A stretch of DNA of 61,605 nt, the filler included. It is 10 parts of 10 records of this genome, joined end to end, with 100 filler letters (N's around TTAATTAATTAA, not from the genome) between each part and the next. Parts side by side here need not be neighbours in the genome. Positions count along the whole stretch, not along the records: positions 15,592 to 22,449 come from SRR31156797_55139; positions 22,550 to 27,789 come from SRR31156797_55195; positions 27,890 to 33,210 come from SRR31156797_55268; 7 more parts are not named here. One strand, given 5' to 3'. Positions 20,061 to 30,758 of this stretch are shown piece by piece. The notes under the pieces are model-generated. The model was not told the origin of the DNA and did not search any database. It saw only the letters and a program-made list of their open reading frames with translations. Made by a program: the position numbers and the translations under genes. Position 1 is the first letter of the stretch. The number at the start of each line of letters is the position of its first letter.

Positions 20061-22100
20061 TTATTTAGCTATTACTACTGAACTGTGAGCAGGAACAATA
20101 ACTCTTCCATCACTAACTTCAACTTTCGTTTCAGTCAATTCAGTGATTCCAGCTTTTTCTCCATCCATGATTACGATCATATCTTTAGTAATCTCATCAC
20201 TTTGAAGAACATACTCATTTTCTAAACTATTATGAATAACGATTAATTCTTTGAACTTATCACCGTTTGAATTATCAAGTTTATAAGCAATAACTCTATC
20301 TTCATTAGGGATTCCTGAGTCGATAAAACTTAATCCGTTTCGAATCTCATCAGCTGAATAATAATTAAATGCGTAAATCTCTCTTCTCATCTCTGCTAAT
20401 CCACAGTAATAATCATAGATATTCGCAAATATAGGTAATCTTTTTCTACTCCATCTGATTTTATTGACGAAATCAGAAGAAGAGTAACTGTTTTCATGAT
20501 AATGTCTGATTCCACTCATGTCATCATCTACATGCAACTGATCACTAGTGTGAGCTCTATGTGGTTCCGGATCTCCCTCTATTAATGGCTTAGTTCTACC
20601 AACCTCTACACCGGCATGAAGTATTATTTTACCTTGACTTGTAAATAATATTGCACTAGACTGCTTATGTAGTTTTGCTCTCATAGCTGTCGTTCCGCCA
20701 TATGATATGTTTAGTTTATCCCATAGAGTAAATCCGTCATGAATAGTCAGATATTGCATTAGTTCTTCCGGTTCATGTGCAAATCTGTTATAGCTGTTTT
20801 TATCAAGTTTAGCACCTTTTGCATCAAAGTCTATTAAATTTCCCATAATACTTGCTCTAAGAGTTGGAGTTAATTCAGTATTTCCCTGAACAAATCCTTT
20901 CTCTTCCATTTTACCACTTACAGCATCTCTAATAGAATCATTAAACATACCTATGTCACAACCAGTCGGATATGTGTAGCCGTGTCCTTTAATAATTGTT
21001 TCTTCTCTGGCTATGTCAGTAAAATCCCACGCTTCTCCATGAAGAATGATATCATTTCCTAATCTCTCTCTGATATCAAGCAGAGTTTTTTTATCTATGA
21101 ATCCCATTAAATCAAATCTGAATCCATCTACTCCGTATTCTTTAACGAAAAACTCTAAACTCTCTATTATAAGTTTTCTAACCATTGGATTTTTTGATTC
21201 AAGAGTTGGACCTGCTCCTGTTTTACCACTGATGTATGATCTGTCATCATATCTGTAATAACATCCCGGTGCAATATTTTCAAATATTTCAGTTCCATAA
21301 GTATGATTATATACAACGTCCATAATAACACCTAAATCATTGCTATGAAGCACTTGGATTAATTTTCTGAACTCTCTGATTCTTGCATATGGATCTTTTT
21401 CATCACTTGCTAACCATCCCTCTACCGTGAAGTAGTTATGAGGATCATATCCCCAGTTATAGTTAAGCTCTTTCTCTTTATACTCTTTATCACTTTCATC
21501 TACAGTACAGTAATTTTGAATCGGAAGGAACTGTACATGTGTAACACCCATTTTTTTCAAGTGTTCGATTCCTTCACTATAATTAGCAAAACCTAAAAAA
21601 GTTCCTTTATTTTCCACATTAGTATCAATAGTAAAATCTCTCACATGAACTTCATAAACTACCATATCAATTGTATTTTTTATAGTTCCAAGTCCGATAG
21701 CTTTATCTTTTTCACCAGCTTTATCACTATCCATATTTACGATAGCTCCATATCCGGATTTATCGCCCTTATGATAATTACCACTCATAGACAGAGTATA
21801 AGGATCAATTCCTCTTTTTCTTTCTTCTGTTGATGTGATAATTTCATATTGATAAAATATTCCGTCAAAAGTATTTAATTCAAGATCTTTTGCCTTGATC
21901 TCCTTATTCCAAACACCGCTTTCACTATCGAAATCAAGTTGAATTCCCTCTTTGTTGATAGCTTTTTGCTCTCTATCATAAAAGAATATTCTCAGGTCAA
22001 GAATACTTGGTGACCATAATTTACATGTAATATTTCCCTCTTTATCCAGTCTAACCCCTAAGTCATTTCTGCTATAAATCTTGTCTGTAAAGTTGTTCAT
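20061..22100 (-). CDS. pulA: Type I pullulanase (GH13)
   Basis: YNWGYDP, MDVVYNHT, GFRFDLMG, HGEAW, TIHD; ATG 22100 follows a GGGG RBS. Confidence 0.9.
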   Translation of the reverse strand: MNNFTDKIYSRNDLGVRLDKEGNITCKLWSPSILDLRIFFYDREQKAINKEGIQLDFDSESGVWNKEIKAKDLELNTFDGIFYQYEIITSTEERKRGIDPYTLSMSGNYHKGDKSGYGAIVNMDSDKAGEKDKAIGLGTIKNTIDMVVYEVHVRDFTIDTNVENKGTFLGFANYSEGIEHLKKMGVTHVQFLPIQNYCTVDESDKEYKEKELNYNWGYDPHNYFTVEGWLASDEKDPYARIREFRKLIQVLHSNDLGVIMDVVYNHTYGTEIFENIAPGCYYRYDDRSYISGKTGAGPTLESKNPMVRKLIIESLEFFVKEYGVDGFRFDLMGFIDKKTLLDIRERLGNDIILHGEAWDFTDIAREETIIKGHGYTYPTGCDIGMFNDSIRDAVSGKMEEKGFVQGNTELTPTLRASIMGNLIDFDAKGAKLDKNSYNRFAHEPEELMQYLTIHDGFTLWDKLNISYGGTTAMRAKLHKQSSAILFTSQGKIILHAGVEVGRTKPLIEGDPEPHRAHTSDQLHVDDDMSGIRHYHENSYSSSDFVNKIRWSRKRLPIFANIYDYYCGLAEMRREIYAFNYYSADEIRNGLSFIDSGIPNEDRVIAYKLDNSNGDKFKELIVIHNSLENEYVLQSDEITKDMIVIMDGEKAGITELTETKVEVSDGRVIVPAHSSVVIAK

Positions 22101-22449
22101 TATTTCCCCTTTCAAGATGAATTGTTGTTATAGTGAATGGCTAAACCTAAAACATAGTTGATAAAAATATGCTAAGATTTTCCATAATTTTCATATAAAT
22201 TTTAATTTGTTATTTTTAATTGAAAATATTAAATAAATCATTAAGCTTACTTATACTTTATAACCTATAATTTTCATAAAATCAATTGATTTTGTTTAGT
22301 TTATCTAATCTATGGTTTTTATGGAAACGATTCAATTTCAATTAAAGTTTATTATAGTTTATCCCAAATGTCAAGCTGAAATAATATTATTTTCTATATA
22401 AAATTTATATATGTTATAATTAATTATAATGAATGTTGTAAATCTTGGC

Positions 22450-22549
22450 NNNNNNNNNNNNNNNNNNNNNNNNNNNNNNNNNNNNNNNNNNNNTTAATTA
22501 ATTAANNNNNNNNNNNNNNNNNNNNNNNNNNNNNNNNNNNNNNNNNNNN
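22450..22549. other. Artificial contig spacer
   Basis: N-run + TTAATTAATTAA + N-run. Confidence 0.98.
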
Positions 22550-22551
22550 AA

Positions 22552-24489
22552 TCTTTTGAAGAAACTGATGACAAAAAGTACGACCAGTTTGAGATCATTA
22601 ACTACATCCCGCAGAAAAAAAGAGCAGCAGGGATCTATCATTTTATATCTGAAAAGTGGCGTGATCTCAGTGTGAGTCAACTTAAAGAATATCTTTCCAT
22701 GCTTCCGGAAAACTATTCAAAGAGGTTGTATAATCTTTATCTTAAAAAATTGTATTTATCTGGAAATATTAAGGAATTTGTTGAAAGTTATAAGCAGTCC
22801 AGGAGCACTGAGCTAACAACATGGTATGTTCGAGAGCTTTTAAAAAAAGGTCCTGAGGTTGCTCTTGCCTATCTTCTTGATCTAAAAGTGGTCTTTCCTG
22901 AATATTTTTACGATTCAATTGCAAAGGAGATCGAGAAGTATTCTAAAAAACTCAAAGGAAGATCAGTCTATGATTTTAGGATCTGGAAGCTTGAATTTAA
23001 CTACCGAAAGGTTAGGTATTCTCAAACTATAAATCTTGCAAATGGCTGGTTCCCTGCAAAGAAATATGCAAATAGCCATCATTTTAGAGCTCATCTTTAC
23101 AGAGCAATGTCGTATACCAAAAAAAGAAAGCACCCTAGAGCTATTGCGATATACAAGAGGCTTGAAAAGTATATAGACAATGAAAAGCTAAGCGGTGGTG
23201 ACAGATACAAATTTTATCAGGGCTACGGTTACAGCAGTTCAGCTGTTGGAGACAATGAAAAAGCTATAGAAACGTATTTTAAAGCCCATGATCATTTTCA
23301 TACAAAGGACGATGAAAGTGCAGCGTTCTTTCTTTACAACATTGCGGATATGCTAAGGCTTGACGGTCAGCTAGAGAAGGCCGATGCAATGTATAGCGCC
23401 TATGTTGACAACTATCCTGACGCAGGAAAGATCGATGTGGCAAAGTTTCTTCTTTTCTGGATAAACTACCGCCAAAATGATTATAAAAAAGCCAGTGAGA
23501 TACTTGAAGGTATCATTAAAGGCGCCCCGAAAAAGAGCTATATTTATCAAAGAGCACTTTACTGGAAGGCCCGAGTGCTTCAAAAACAAGGTGATGATAA
23601 AAGTTCAATGGACATCTTTTGTGATCTCAGCAGGCGTTCCCCTGCATCTCTTTACGGTTCTTTTGCTGCCGGCAGAGTTAGGAAGTCACAGGTCTGCTGT
23701 GGAGATCCTGCTAGTTTGGCAACTGATGAGAAAAATTCAGACCGGTCCAGATTCAAAGACAATGAGATGTTATCTGAAACTGAATGGATCGTAGCCGCAG
23801 TTGCAACAAAAGATGACAGTATAGTTAAAAAACTCATAAGAGCATCTTCTTCAGTGATCAGTTACAAAGGTGGAGAGATCGATCGATTAATTGTGAGTTA
23901 CTGCGCTGGGAAGACAGGTAATCACAATCTTGCAGCAAGAATGCTTAAGTCAATATCCAACTTCTCTGGCAACACGAGAGAGTATTTTAAAATGAAATAT
24001 ACGATCGGGTTTGAGGAGGAAATAGTTTCTCATTGTGATTTTTATGGAATTTCACCTTTCTTTGTTTTTTCAATAGCAAGGCAGGAGAGTCTTTTTAATG
24101 TCGGAGCTGTTTCATCAAGTTATGCAATTGGTCTGCTTCAACTATTGCCTTCTACTGCACAGTTGCTTGCAAACAGTGAAGGTTATGGAAAGGTTACGAC
24201 CGCAAATCTGAAAAAACCGCTCACAAATGTCAGGTTCGGGATCAAGTATCTTGCTAACCTTTTAAAAAGATTTGATAATTCTATAGCTCTTGCGGCAGGT
24301 GGTTATAACGCCGGTCCGGGAAGAATCTCTAAGTGGCTTGCGCAAAAACCGGATATGGAGCTTGATGAGTTCATAGAAGATATTCCAATTTTTCAAACAA
24401 GAAACTATGTCAAGAAGGTAATGCGTAACTATGCTATATATTACTACATCTATAACGGTGAAGTTTATGACGGCATGTCGTTTGACTAA
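22552..24489 (+). CDS. Soluble lytic transglycosylase (Slt-like, TPR + SLT), 5'-truncated
   Basis: IARQES, AIGLLQLLPSTA, GYNAGPG, FIEDIP..QTRNYVKKV; frame open to the contig edge. Confidence 0.88.
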   Translation, partial: SFEETDDKKYDQFEIINYIPQKKRAAGIYHFISEKWRDLSVSQLKEYLSMLPENYSKRLYNLYLKKLYLSGNIKEFVESYKQSRSTELTTWYVRELLKKGPEVALAYLLDLKVVFPEYFYDSIAKEIEKYSKKLKGRSVYDFRIWKLEFNYRKVRYSQTINLANGWFPAKKYANSHHFRAHLYRAMSYTKKRKHPRAIAIYKRLEKYIDNEKLSGGDRYKFYQGYGYSSSAVGDNEKAIETYFKAHDHFHTKDDESAAFFLYNIADMLRLDGQLEKADAMYSAYVDNYPDAGKIDVAKFLLFWINYRQNDYKKASEILEGIIKGAPKKSYIYQRALYWKARVLQKQGDDKSSMDIFCDLSRRSPASLYGSFAAGRVRKSQVCCGDPASLATDEKNSDRSRFKDNEMLSETEWIVAAVATKDDSIVKKLIRASSSVISYKGGEIDRLIVSYCAGKTGNHNLAARMLKSISNFSGNTREYFKMKYTIGFEEEIVSHCDFYGISPFFVFSIARQESLFNVGAVSSSYAIGLLQLLPSTAQLLANSEGYGKVTTANLKKPLTNVRFGIKYLANLLKRFDNSIALAAGGYNAGPGRISKWLAQKPDMELDEFIEDIPIFQTRNYVKKVMRNYAIYYYIYNGEVYDGMSFD

Positions 24490-24540
24490 ATTTTTTCATT
24501 CATGTAGTATTTTTTGTTTCAGTTTTTTAAGAGGTGGCAA

Positions 24541-25305
24541 ATGAATGTATTAATCGTTACTCCATCAAAAAGTGAAATAGAGTCCGGAGACAAACAAAGT
24601 CTGTTCTTTGCAAAAAGTGTTGTAGAACAGATAAGGGAAAAGAACTGTGAAATAAATGCGTCATTGATAGACCTGACAGAGGTTGATATCTATGACCTTT
24701 CTATTTCCGGAGCAATAAAAATTCTTGAAAAGTCTAATGTAGACCTTAAAGCGGTCGATATAATTCATACTTTTTCTATTTTCCCCTTTCTTTTCAGACC
24801 TCATTTTGATCAGTTGCTGATCTCTTCATTTGATGCTGATAAGATTGATGAGAAATTGAAACCTTTTTTCCCATGCAAAAGTTGCCCGGGTTTTGCAAGA
24901 TACGATATCAGCGCAATTGAATCCATTGTTATTGAAGAGCTTTATAGCGAAGCTTACAACAATAGAAGACGTTTTGACGAAAGACCCTGGGGTTGGTGGA
25001 GATCTCTTGAGCTGGATAAGAATTTCAAGGTTAAGCACATTTATGTTGCTCCTGGAGAGAAGCTCAGTCTTCAGACGCATAAATTTAGAAGTGAGATCTG
25101 GACAGTTGCATACGGAAGTGGTCTTGTGACCATTGATAATGAAGCTATTCCTGCGGAAAAAGGCAGTGTGTTTAAAATTGAAAAAGGTCAGATCCATAGA
25201 GCACAAGGAGGAGAGAACGGACTTCATATTGTTGAGGTTCAGACTGGTGATTACCTTGGAGAAGACGATATTATCAGACTTGAAGATATTTACGGGAGAA
25301 AGTGA
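24541..25305 (+). CDS. Mannose-6-phosphate isomerase (type II cupin) with extra N-terminal domain
   Basis: RPWG, KVKHIYVAPGEKLSLQTHKFRSEIW, EVQTGDYLGEDDIIRLEDIYGR. Confidence 0.85.
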   Translation: MNVLIVTPSKSEIESGDKQSLFFAKSVVEQIREKNCEINASLIDLTEVDIYDLSISGAIKILEKSNVDLKAVDIIHTFSIFPFLFRPHFDQLLISSFDADKIDEKLKPFFPCKSCPGFARYDISAIESIVIEELYSEAYNNRRRFDERPWGWWRSLELDKNFKVKHIYVAPGEKLSLQTHKFRSEIWTVAYGSGLVTIDNEAIPAEKGSVFKIEKGQIHRAQGGENGLHIVEVQTGDYLGEDDIIRLEDIYGRK

Positions 25306-26357
25306 TGAAAATAGCAACAGTGATAATGGCTGGAGGGAGTGGTAAGAGATTTTGGCCCCTTTCAAGAGAAAGCAAAGCGAAACAGTCTTTGAATCTTTTT
25401 TCAAAGCATACACTTCTTGTTGAAACAATTGAACGGATCAAGCCAGTCTGTGAGGATGTTACGATCATAACTTCCATAAAACAGAGAGATGCAATAGAAA
25501 GTGATGTCTGGAACTATCCACGTCTTAAAGTAATTTATGAGCCAAGTGGAAGAAATACTGCTCCTTGCATTATGCTGGCACTTCATTCTATAAAGAAAAG
25601 GTTAGGTGAAGACTGCGCGGTACTAGTTTTGCCAGCAGATCATTATATTAAAGACGCTAACGGATTTGTCGACCTTGTAAAGAAAGGGGTGAATTATCTG
25701 GAAAACAACCCTGAGGCGATAGGAACAATAGGAATTGAACCTACAAGACCTGAAACAGGGTATGGATACATAAAAAAAGGCGAAGTTGTTGAAAATGGTG
25801 TTTTCTCAGTAAGATCATTTGAAGAAAAACCTGAGATGGAAAAAGCACAAAAGTTTGTTGAAAGTGGGGAGTATCTTTGGAATGGCGGTATCTTTCTGTT
25901 TTCCATGAATAGTATGATAGAAGAGTTTCGCAACAACAATAAAGACATTTTTGAAAAAGTTGTTCAACTGAAAAACACAGAAAATATTGATAAGGATTTC
26001 TATGATTCCATTCGTTCAATTTCTTTTGACTATGCAGTTATGGAAACGACAAAAAAACCTGTTTTTACTGTTGCAGGAGAGTTTGGTTGGAATGATATTG
26101 GTTCATGGCTCAGTTATTTTGAGCTTCTTGAAAAAGATGAGGATGGAAACTACTCAAAAGGTGATGTCCGTCTTATAAACTGCAAGAATTCCATGGCGAT
26201 AAATCTTTCAGGAAAGCCTGTGGTGATCTTTAATAAGGAAGGAGAGCTTTTTGTTGATGCCGGTGATGTTGTTTTAAGTGCCTATCTTAATGATCATCAG
26301 GCAATTAGGCAAGTCACAGAATATCTTAAAGGACAGAACCTTTCAGATCTGTTATAA
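25305..26357 (+). CDS. manC: Mannose-1-phosphate guanylyltransferase
   Basis: IMAGGSGKRFWPLSR, EPSGRNTAP, LPADH, PETGYGYI, FEEKP, WNDIGSW. Confidence 0.93.
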   Translation: MKIATVIMAGGSGKRFWPLSRESKAKQSLNLFSKHTLLVETIERIKPVCEDVTIITSIKQRDAIESDVWNYPRLKVIYEPSGRNTAPCIMLALHSIKKRLGEDCAVLVLPADHYIKDANGFVDLVKKGVNYLENNPEAIGTIGIEPTRPETGYGYIKKGEVVENGVFSVRSFEEKPEMEKAQKFVESGEYLWNGGIFLFSMNSMIEEFRNNNKDIFEKVVQLKNTENIDKDFYDSIRSISFDYAVMETTKKPVFTVAGEFGWNDIGSWLSYFELLEKDEDGNYSKGDVRLINCKNSMAINLSGKPVVIFNKEGELFVDAGDVVLSAYLNDHQAIRQVTEYLKGQNLSDLL

Positions 26358-26381
26358 AATTTCTTAATAGGAGTCCCATAA

Positions 26382-26945
26382 ATGAAAAAAGTTTTTGTTT
26401 TTATACTTTTAGGAATGCTTGTTGTTTGTTCATTCTCATGCAGCAAGAAACAAGAATCTAATAATTTGCAACGATATAAGGTGATCAAAAAGAAAAATGA
26501 TGTAGTGATAATGGATGTTACGTCGGGGCTTTCCTGGATAAGAGATGTGCCCACCGAAGGGATGGTTTGGAAAGCGGCAGATAAGTACTGTTCTGAGCTT
26601 GAATACTCAGGGTTTAAAGATTGGCGACTTCCGACGATATCTGAGCTGAAAACTCTGGTCAAAGGCTGTAAAAGTGGAACAAAAAAGTGTAAGGTGAGCA
26701 CATCGTGTCAGAACCCGAAATGTATGAGTAACAACTGTTTCTGCTCAGAAAATAGAGGTTCCGGAGAAGATGGGTTTTACTGGCAGAAAAAAGTTTGGAA
26801 TTATAAAGGTGATGAAATGGGTTCTTTCTGGTCATCTACTATTAGATCTAACCATAAATTCTTTTATTGGGGCATCTCGTTTAATAATGGTGGTGTTGAT
26901 AACGGACATATGGATAGCGAATTTTATGTGCGCTGTGTAAGATAA
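26382..26945 (+). CDS. DUF1566 (Lcl-type) lipoprotein
   Basis: Lipoprotein signal; DVTSGLSW, A..YC..L..SGFKDWRLPTISEL, FWSST, YVRCVR. Confidence 0.85.
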   Translation: MKKVFVFILLGMLVVCSFSCSKKQESNNLQRYKVIKKKNDVVIMDVTSGLSWIRDVPTEGMVWKAADKYCSELEYSGFKDWRLPTISELKTLVKGCKSGTKKCKVSTSCQNPKCMSNNCFCSENRGSGEDGFYWQKKVWNYKGDEMGSFWSSTIRSNHKFFYWGISFNNGGVDNGHMDSEFYVRCVR

Positions 26946-26954
26946 GGAAAAAAA

Positions 26955-27789
<835 letters not shown>

Positions 27790-27889
27790 NNNNNNNNNNN
27801 NNNNNNNNNNNNNNNNNNNNNNNNNNNNNNNNNTTAATTAATTAANNNNNNNNNNNNNNNNNNNNNNNNNNNNNNNNNNNNNNNNNNNN
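27790..27889. other. Artificial contig spacer
   Basis: N-run + TTAATTAATTAA + N-run. Confidence 0.98.
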
Positions 27890-29094
27890 ACTTCGACCAG
27901 TGAACCATCCACCATGGCACGCACGCCAAAGCCGATATCATGGATCGTACTATCGGCGTTTCGAACCACAATCCTGGCATAGTGTGCTGCCTTGAGAATC
28001 GCCCGTGCCAAGGGATGGGTGCAGTTTTGCTCGGCGCTGGCGGCACAGGCCAATAATTCCTCTTTTTCGACCCCTTCCATACAGACGACCTCGTCCACTC
28101 GGGGCGCCCCCTTGGTCAACGTACCGGTTTTATCAAAATAAACAGCCTGTATGGAAGCTGCCCGCTCCAGGTAGATCCCGCCTTTTACGAGAATGCCTGC
28201 TTTTGCAGCGCGTCCCAGCGCTGCCACCGTCGCCGTTGGAGCGGCCAGGATCAGGGCACAGGGGCAGCCCACGATCAAGACGGCCACGGCCCGATCCACG
28301 GACCCGGTGACGCCCCAAGTCATTCCAGCCGCTGTCAAAATAAGCGGTGTGAACCACTTGGCATACCGGTCGATCAACCGTACGGCCTCCGGACGGTACC
28401 GCTCCGAATCGGCCACCAGTTGAATGACTTTGCCCAACGTGGTGTCTTTGCCGACCTTTCTGACTTTGGCGGTCAAAACGCCATTGTGACTCATGGTTCC
28501 GGCGTAAATGTCGTCCCCGGGCCCGCGGTCTTTGGGCAAAGGTTCCCCTGTCATGGCAGACTCGTCTATGCTGGAAACGCCGGTGAGAATGACGGCATCC
28601 ACGGGAACCTGTTCCCCCGGCTTGATCAAGATTGTATCACCCACCGCAACCTCGGAGACGGGCACCTCCCTTTGTTTTTTATCCTTCACCAAAGTCGCCC
28701 TTTGCGGAGAAAGTCGCACCAGGGATTTAATTGCGTTGCGTGCCGATTCAGCCGTGGCCTCTTCGATAAGGGCGCCGAAAGTCATCACGAAGCTGACGAC
28801 AGCCGCAGCGAGAAACTCTCCCTGGATAAGGCTGGCGATAATGGCCAGGCTGACCAACTCATCCACATTCACCTGCCGTTCCACCAGCCCCTTGGCAGCC
28901 CCCCAGATGATGGGAAGCCCGTTAACGGCCACCGAAGCGAGGGCAAGTGCCACTGCCGCAGGATGGGCGCTCGATTCCACGCTTCCGACTATATAGCTCA
29001 AGCCGGCCAGGCAGCCGGCACCGAATATAAGGTAGAAATCTTTTGAAATCAACAATTCACGGTACACTCCGGGTTCCTTGAAACGACCGATCAT
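27890..29094 (-). CDS. Heavy-metal P1B-type ATPase, 3'-truncated
   Basis: TGE, CPC, DKTGTLT and HP motifs; no N-terminal metal-binding domain. Confidence 0.92.
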
Positions 29095-29194
29095 AATCCA
29101 CACCCTGTTCTGTAAATAAGTATTGATAGCTCTTCTGCGACTTCGTTAAAAAGCCTGTACTCAAGTCAGATGGCCCTTCAACAACAGCCTCCTC

Positions 29195-29225
29195 AAATAT
29201 ACATATATGGTGTATATGTATATTT
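29195..29225. promoter_or_regulatory. Palindromic operator overlapping the ATPase promoter
   Basis: Perfect 13-5-13 inverted repeat AAATATACATATA-TGGTG-TATATGTATATTT; minus-strand TTGACT at 29240-29245. Confidence 0.7.
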
Positions 29226-29280
29226 ACACCCCCCCTTGAAGTCAAGTATTTTCGGCCCCGTTTTCAGGAGCACCAAAAAC

Positions 29281-29309
29281 AAAAGCCACCTGCTAAACAG
29301 GCGGCTTTG
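29281..29309 (-). terminator. Intrinsic terminator
   Basis: Minus strand AAAGCCGCCTG-TTTAG-CAGGTGGCTTTTGTTTTT. Confidence 0.7.
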
Positions 29310-29376
29310 CCAAAATGGATATACAAAATTAAAAGAAACGCGGGCCTCCCAATGGAAAGCAGCACAGGGTGTGGAT

Positions 29377-29781
29377 CTATCGGTTCTCGGTTCCTTTCAT
29401 CTTCCAAATATTGCCTGGACCTCTCACCAGCGAAAGCGCTGGCTTGAGATGCTTCGGCTTCTTTTTTTTAACCGTGGCTTTTCCTCTTTTACTAATCAGC
29501 ACCCGACTCCCGTTCGGTGCGATAGAGAAGCCTTTCTGCCCTTTGAAATAAAGCCAGTCAGAAGGTATTTTTCGATGTGTCATATGTAGCTTGAACAAGC
29601 TGATTCCCTCGTCGGCCATTTCCCGGATGCCTTCCGTGTTGACGAACACTCGCCCCGGGACTTCCGCGGTCTTGAGAATTTTCAACAGTTTCCAGGCACA
29701 GACACTGTTGAAATCACCACACAATGCAATATGAAGGTTCCCCGCACTGTGTCGGCAATCAATACTGGAATCCGGATTCAA
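29377..29781 (-). CDS. Small STAS-like hypothetical protein
   Basis: GNLHIALCGDFNS..AW.LL, VFVNTEGI pattern; good AAGGAG RBS. Confidence 0.55.
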   Translation of the reverse strand: MNPDSSIDCRHSAGNLHIALCGDFNSVCAWKLLKILKTAEVPGRVFVNTEGIREMADEGISLFKLHMTHRKIPSDWLYFKGQKGFSIAPNGSRVLISKRGKATVKKKKPKHLKPALSLVRGPGNIWKMKGTENR

Positions 29782-30000
29782 TATAATTCTCCTTTGTGCC
29801 AGTTTACTTCCAAGAATTTCGGCCGGCCATGAAGGCCGGCCCCTGTTGATGATTCAGTTTTAGAGATAATTACACATAAACGGGGCTATCAGCTTTTAGC
29901 CTTTATCTATTAGCAAAGATCCGTTGCGGGTTTGATCAAAAAACGATTGCCACCCACTGGGCGAATTGCTAAAAGCTAACCGCTAACAGCTTGTTTCAGA

Positions 30001-30447
30001 TTACAAAGACGACACTACCGAGGTGGCCCAATCCTCTATCTCTCCTTCAAAATCGTCCGGGTCGCCATCGATTTTCAGCCCGTCGACCAGAAGTTTTCCA
30101 CCCATTTCGGACATTTTCTCTTCCAAGAAATCGACCGTCCCGCAAAAATACTCATAGGTACTGTCGCCCGGAGCAAAGACGGCAAAAGGTTTTCCATCCA
30201 GCTTGAGCCCGTTCAGGCCTTCGTAGAAGTCTGCGAAATCCTCCTGCAGCTCGATTTCGTCGTCACCGTATGCCGGGCAACCGAGGAGAAACATGTCATT
30301 GTCACCGGTCAGATCGTCCCCCGATGCATCGGTCACCTCTTTTATCTCCACTTCCATACCGGCCTCTTCCAGCCCTTTTTTTACAAGGTCAGACATCGTC
30401 TCCGTATTCCCAGTGGTGCTTCCATAAAGAATCAGCGCTTTGCTCAT
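30001..30447 (-). CDS. Short-chain flavodoxin
   Basis: ILYGSTTGNTE FMN loop; FAVFAPGDSTYEYFCG. Confidence 0.95.
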   Translation of the reverse strand: MSKALILYGSTTGNTETMSDLVKKGLEEAGMEVEIKEVTDASGDDLTGDNDMFLLGCPAYGDDEIELQEDFADFYEGLNGLKLDGKPFAVFAPGDSTYEYFCGTVDFLEEKMSEMGGKLLVDGLKIDGDPDDFEGEIEDWATSVVSSL

Positions 30448-30500
30448 TTTCTTCCTCCTTTGAACAGGGTAAAATGTATGTGGTTATTGTGTGTCCGGTC

Positions 30501-30596
30501 AAAAATAAAAAAGGCTCGACACGGGTCTTACTGAGCGGATCCCGATCAAGCCTTCACTTCCCAGCGCACCGTTCCAGGCCACTGGACGTAAGGAAA
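30501..30596 (-). promoter_or_regulatory. Candidate attenuator/riboswitch-like 5' leader of flavodoxin
   Basis: Two overlapping hairpins, the second followed by a U-tract; see findings. Confidence 0.5.
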
Positions 30597-30758
30597 TTCA
30601 ATTATATTTAGAAGTATCTACTTTTTTTATATACCCCTTACAATTTGTCGAATGGATTGTCAAGCGTAAGGTTCAAACTTTCCGATTTTTGCAAACCCTT
30701 CCAGACAGAACGAATTGTCCGCCCAACTGAAACCGGTCGCGAAGTCGTCTTGGTGCAA

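Noticed and set aside
29845-29876. Fur box upstream of the STAS-like gene
   Set aside because: Only a weak, asymmetric resemblance to Fur consensus.
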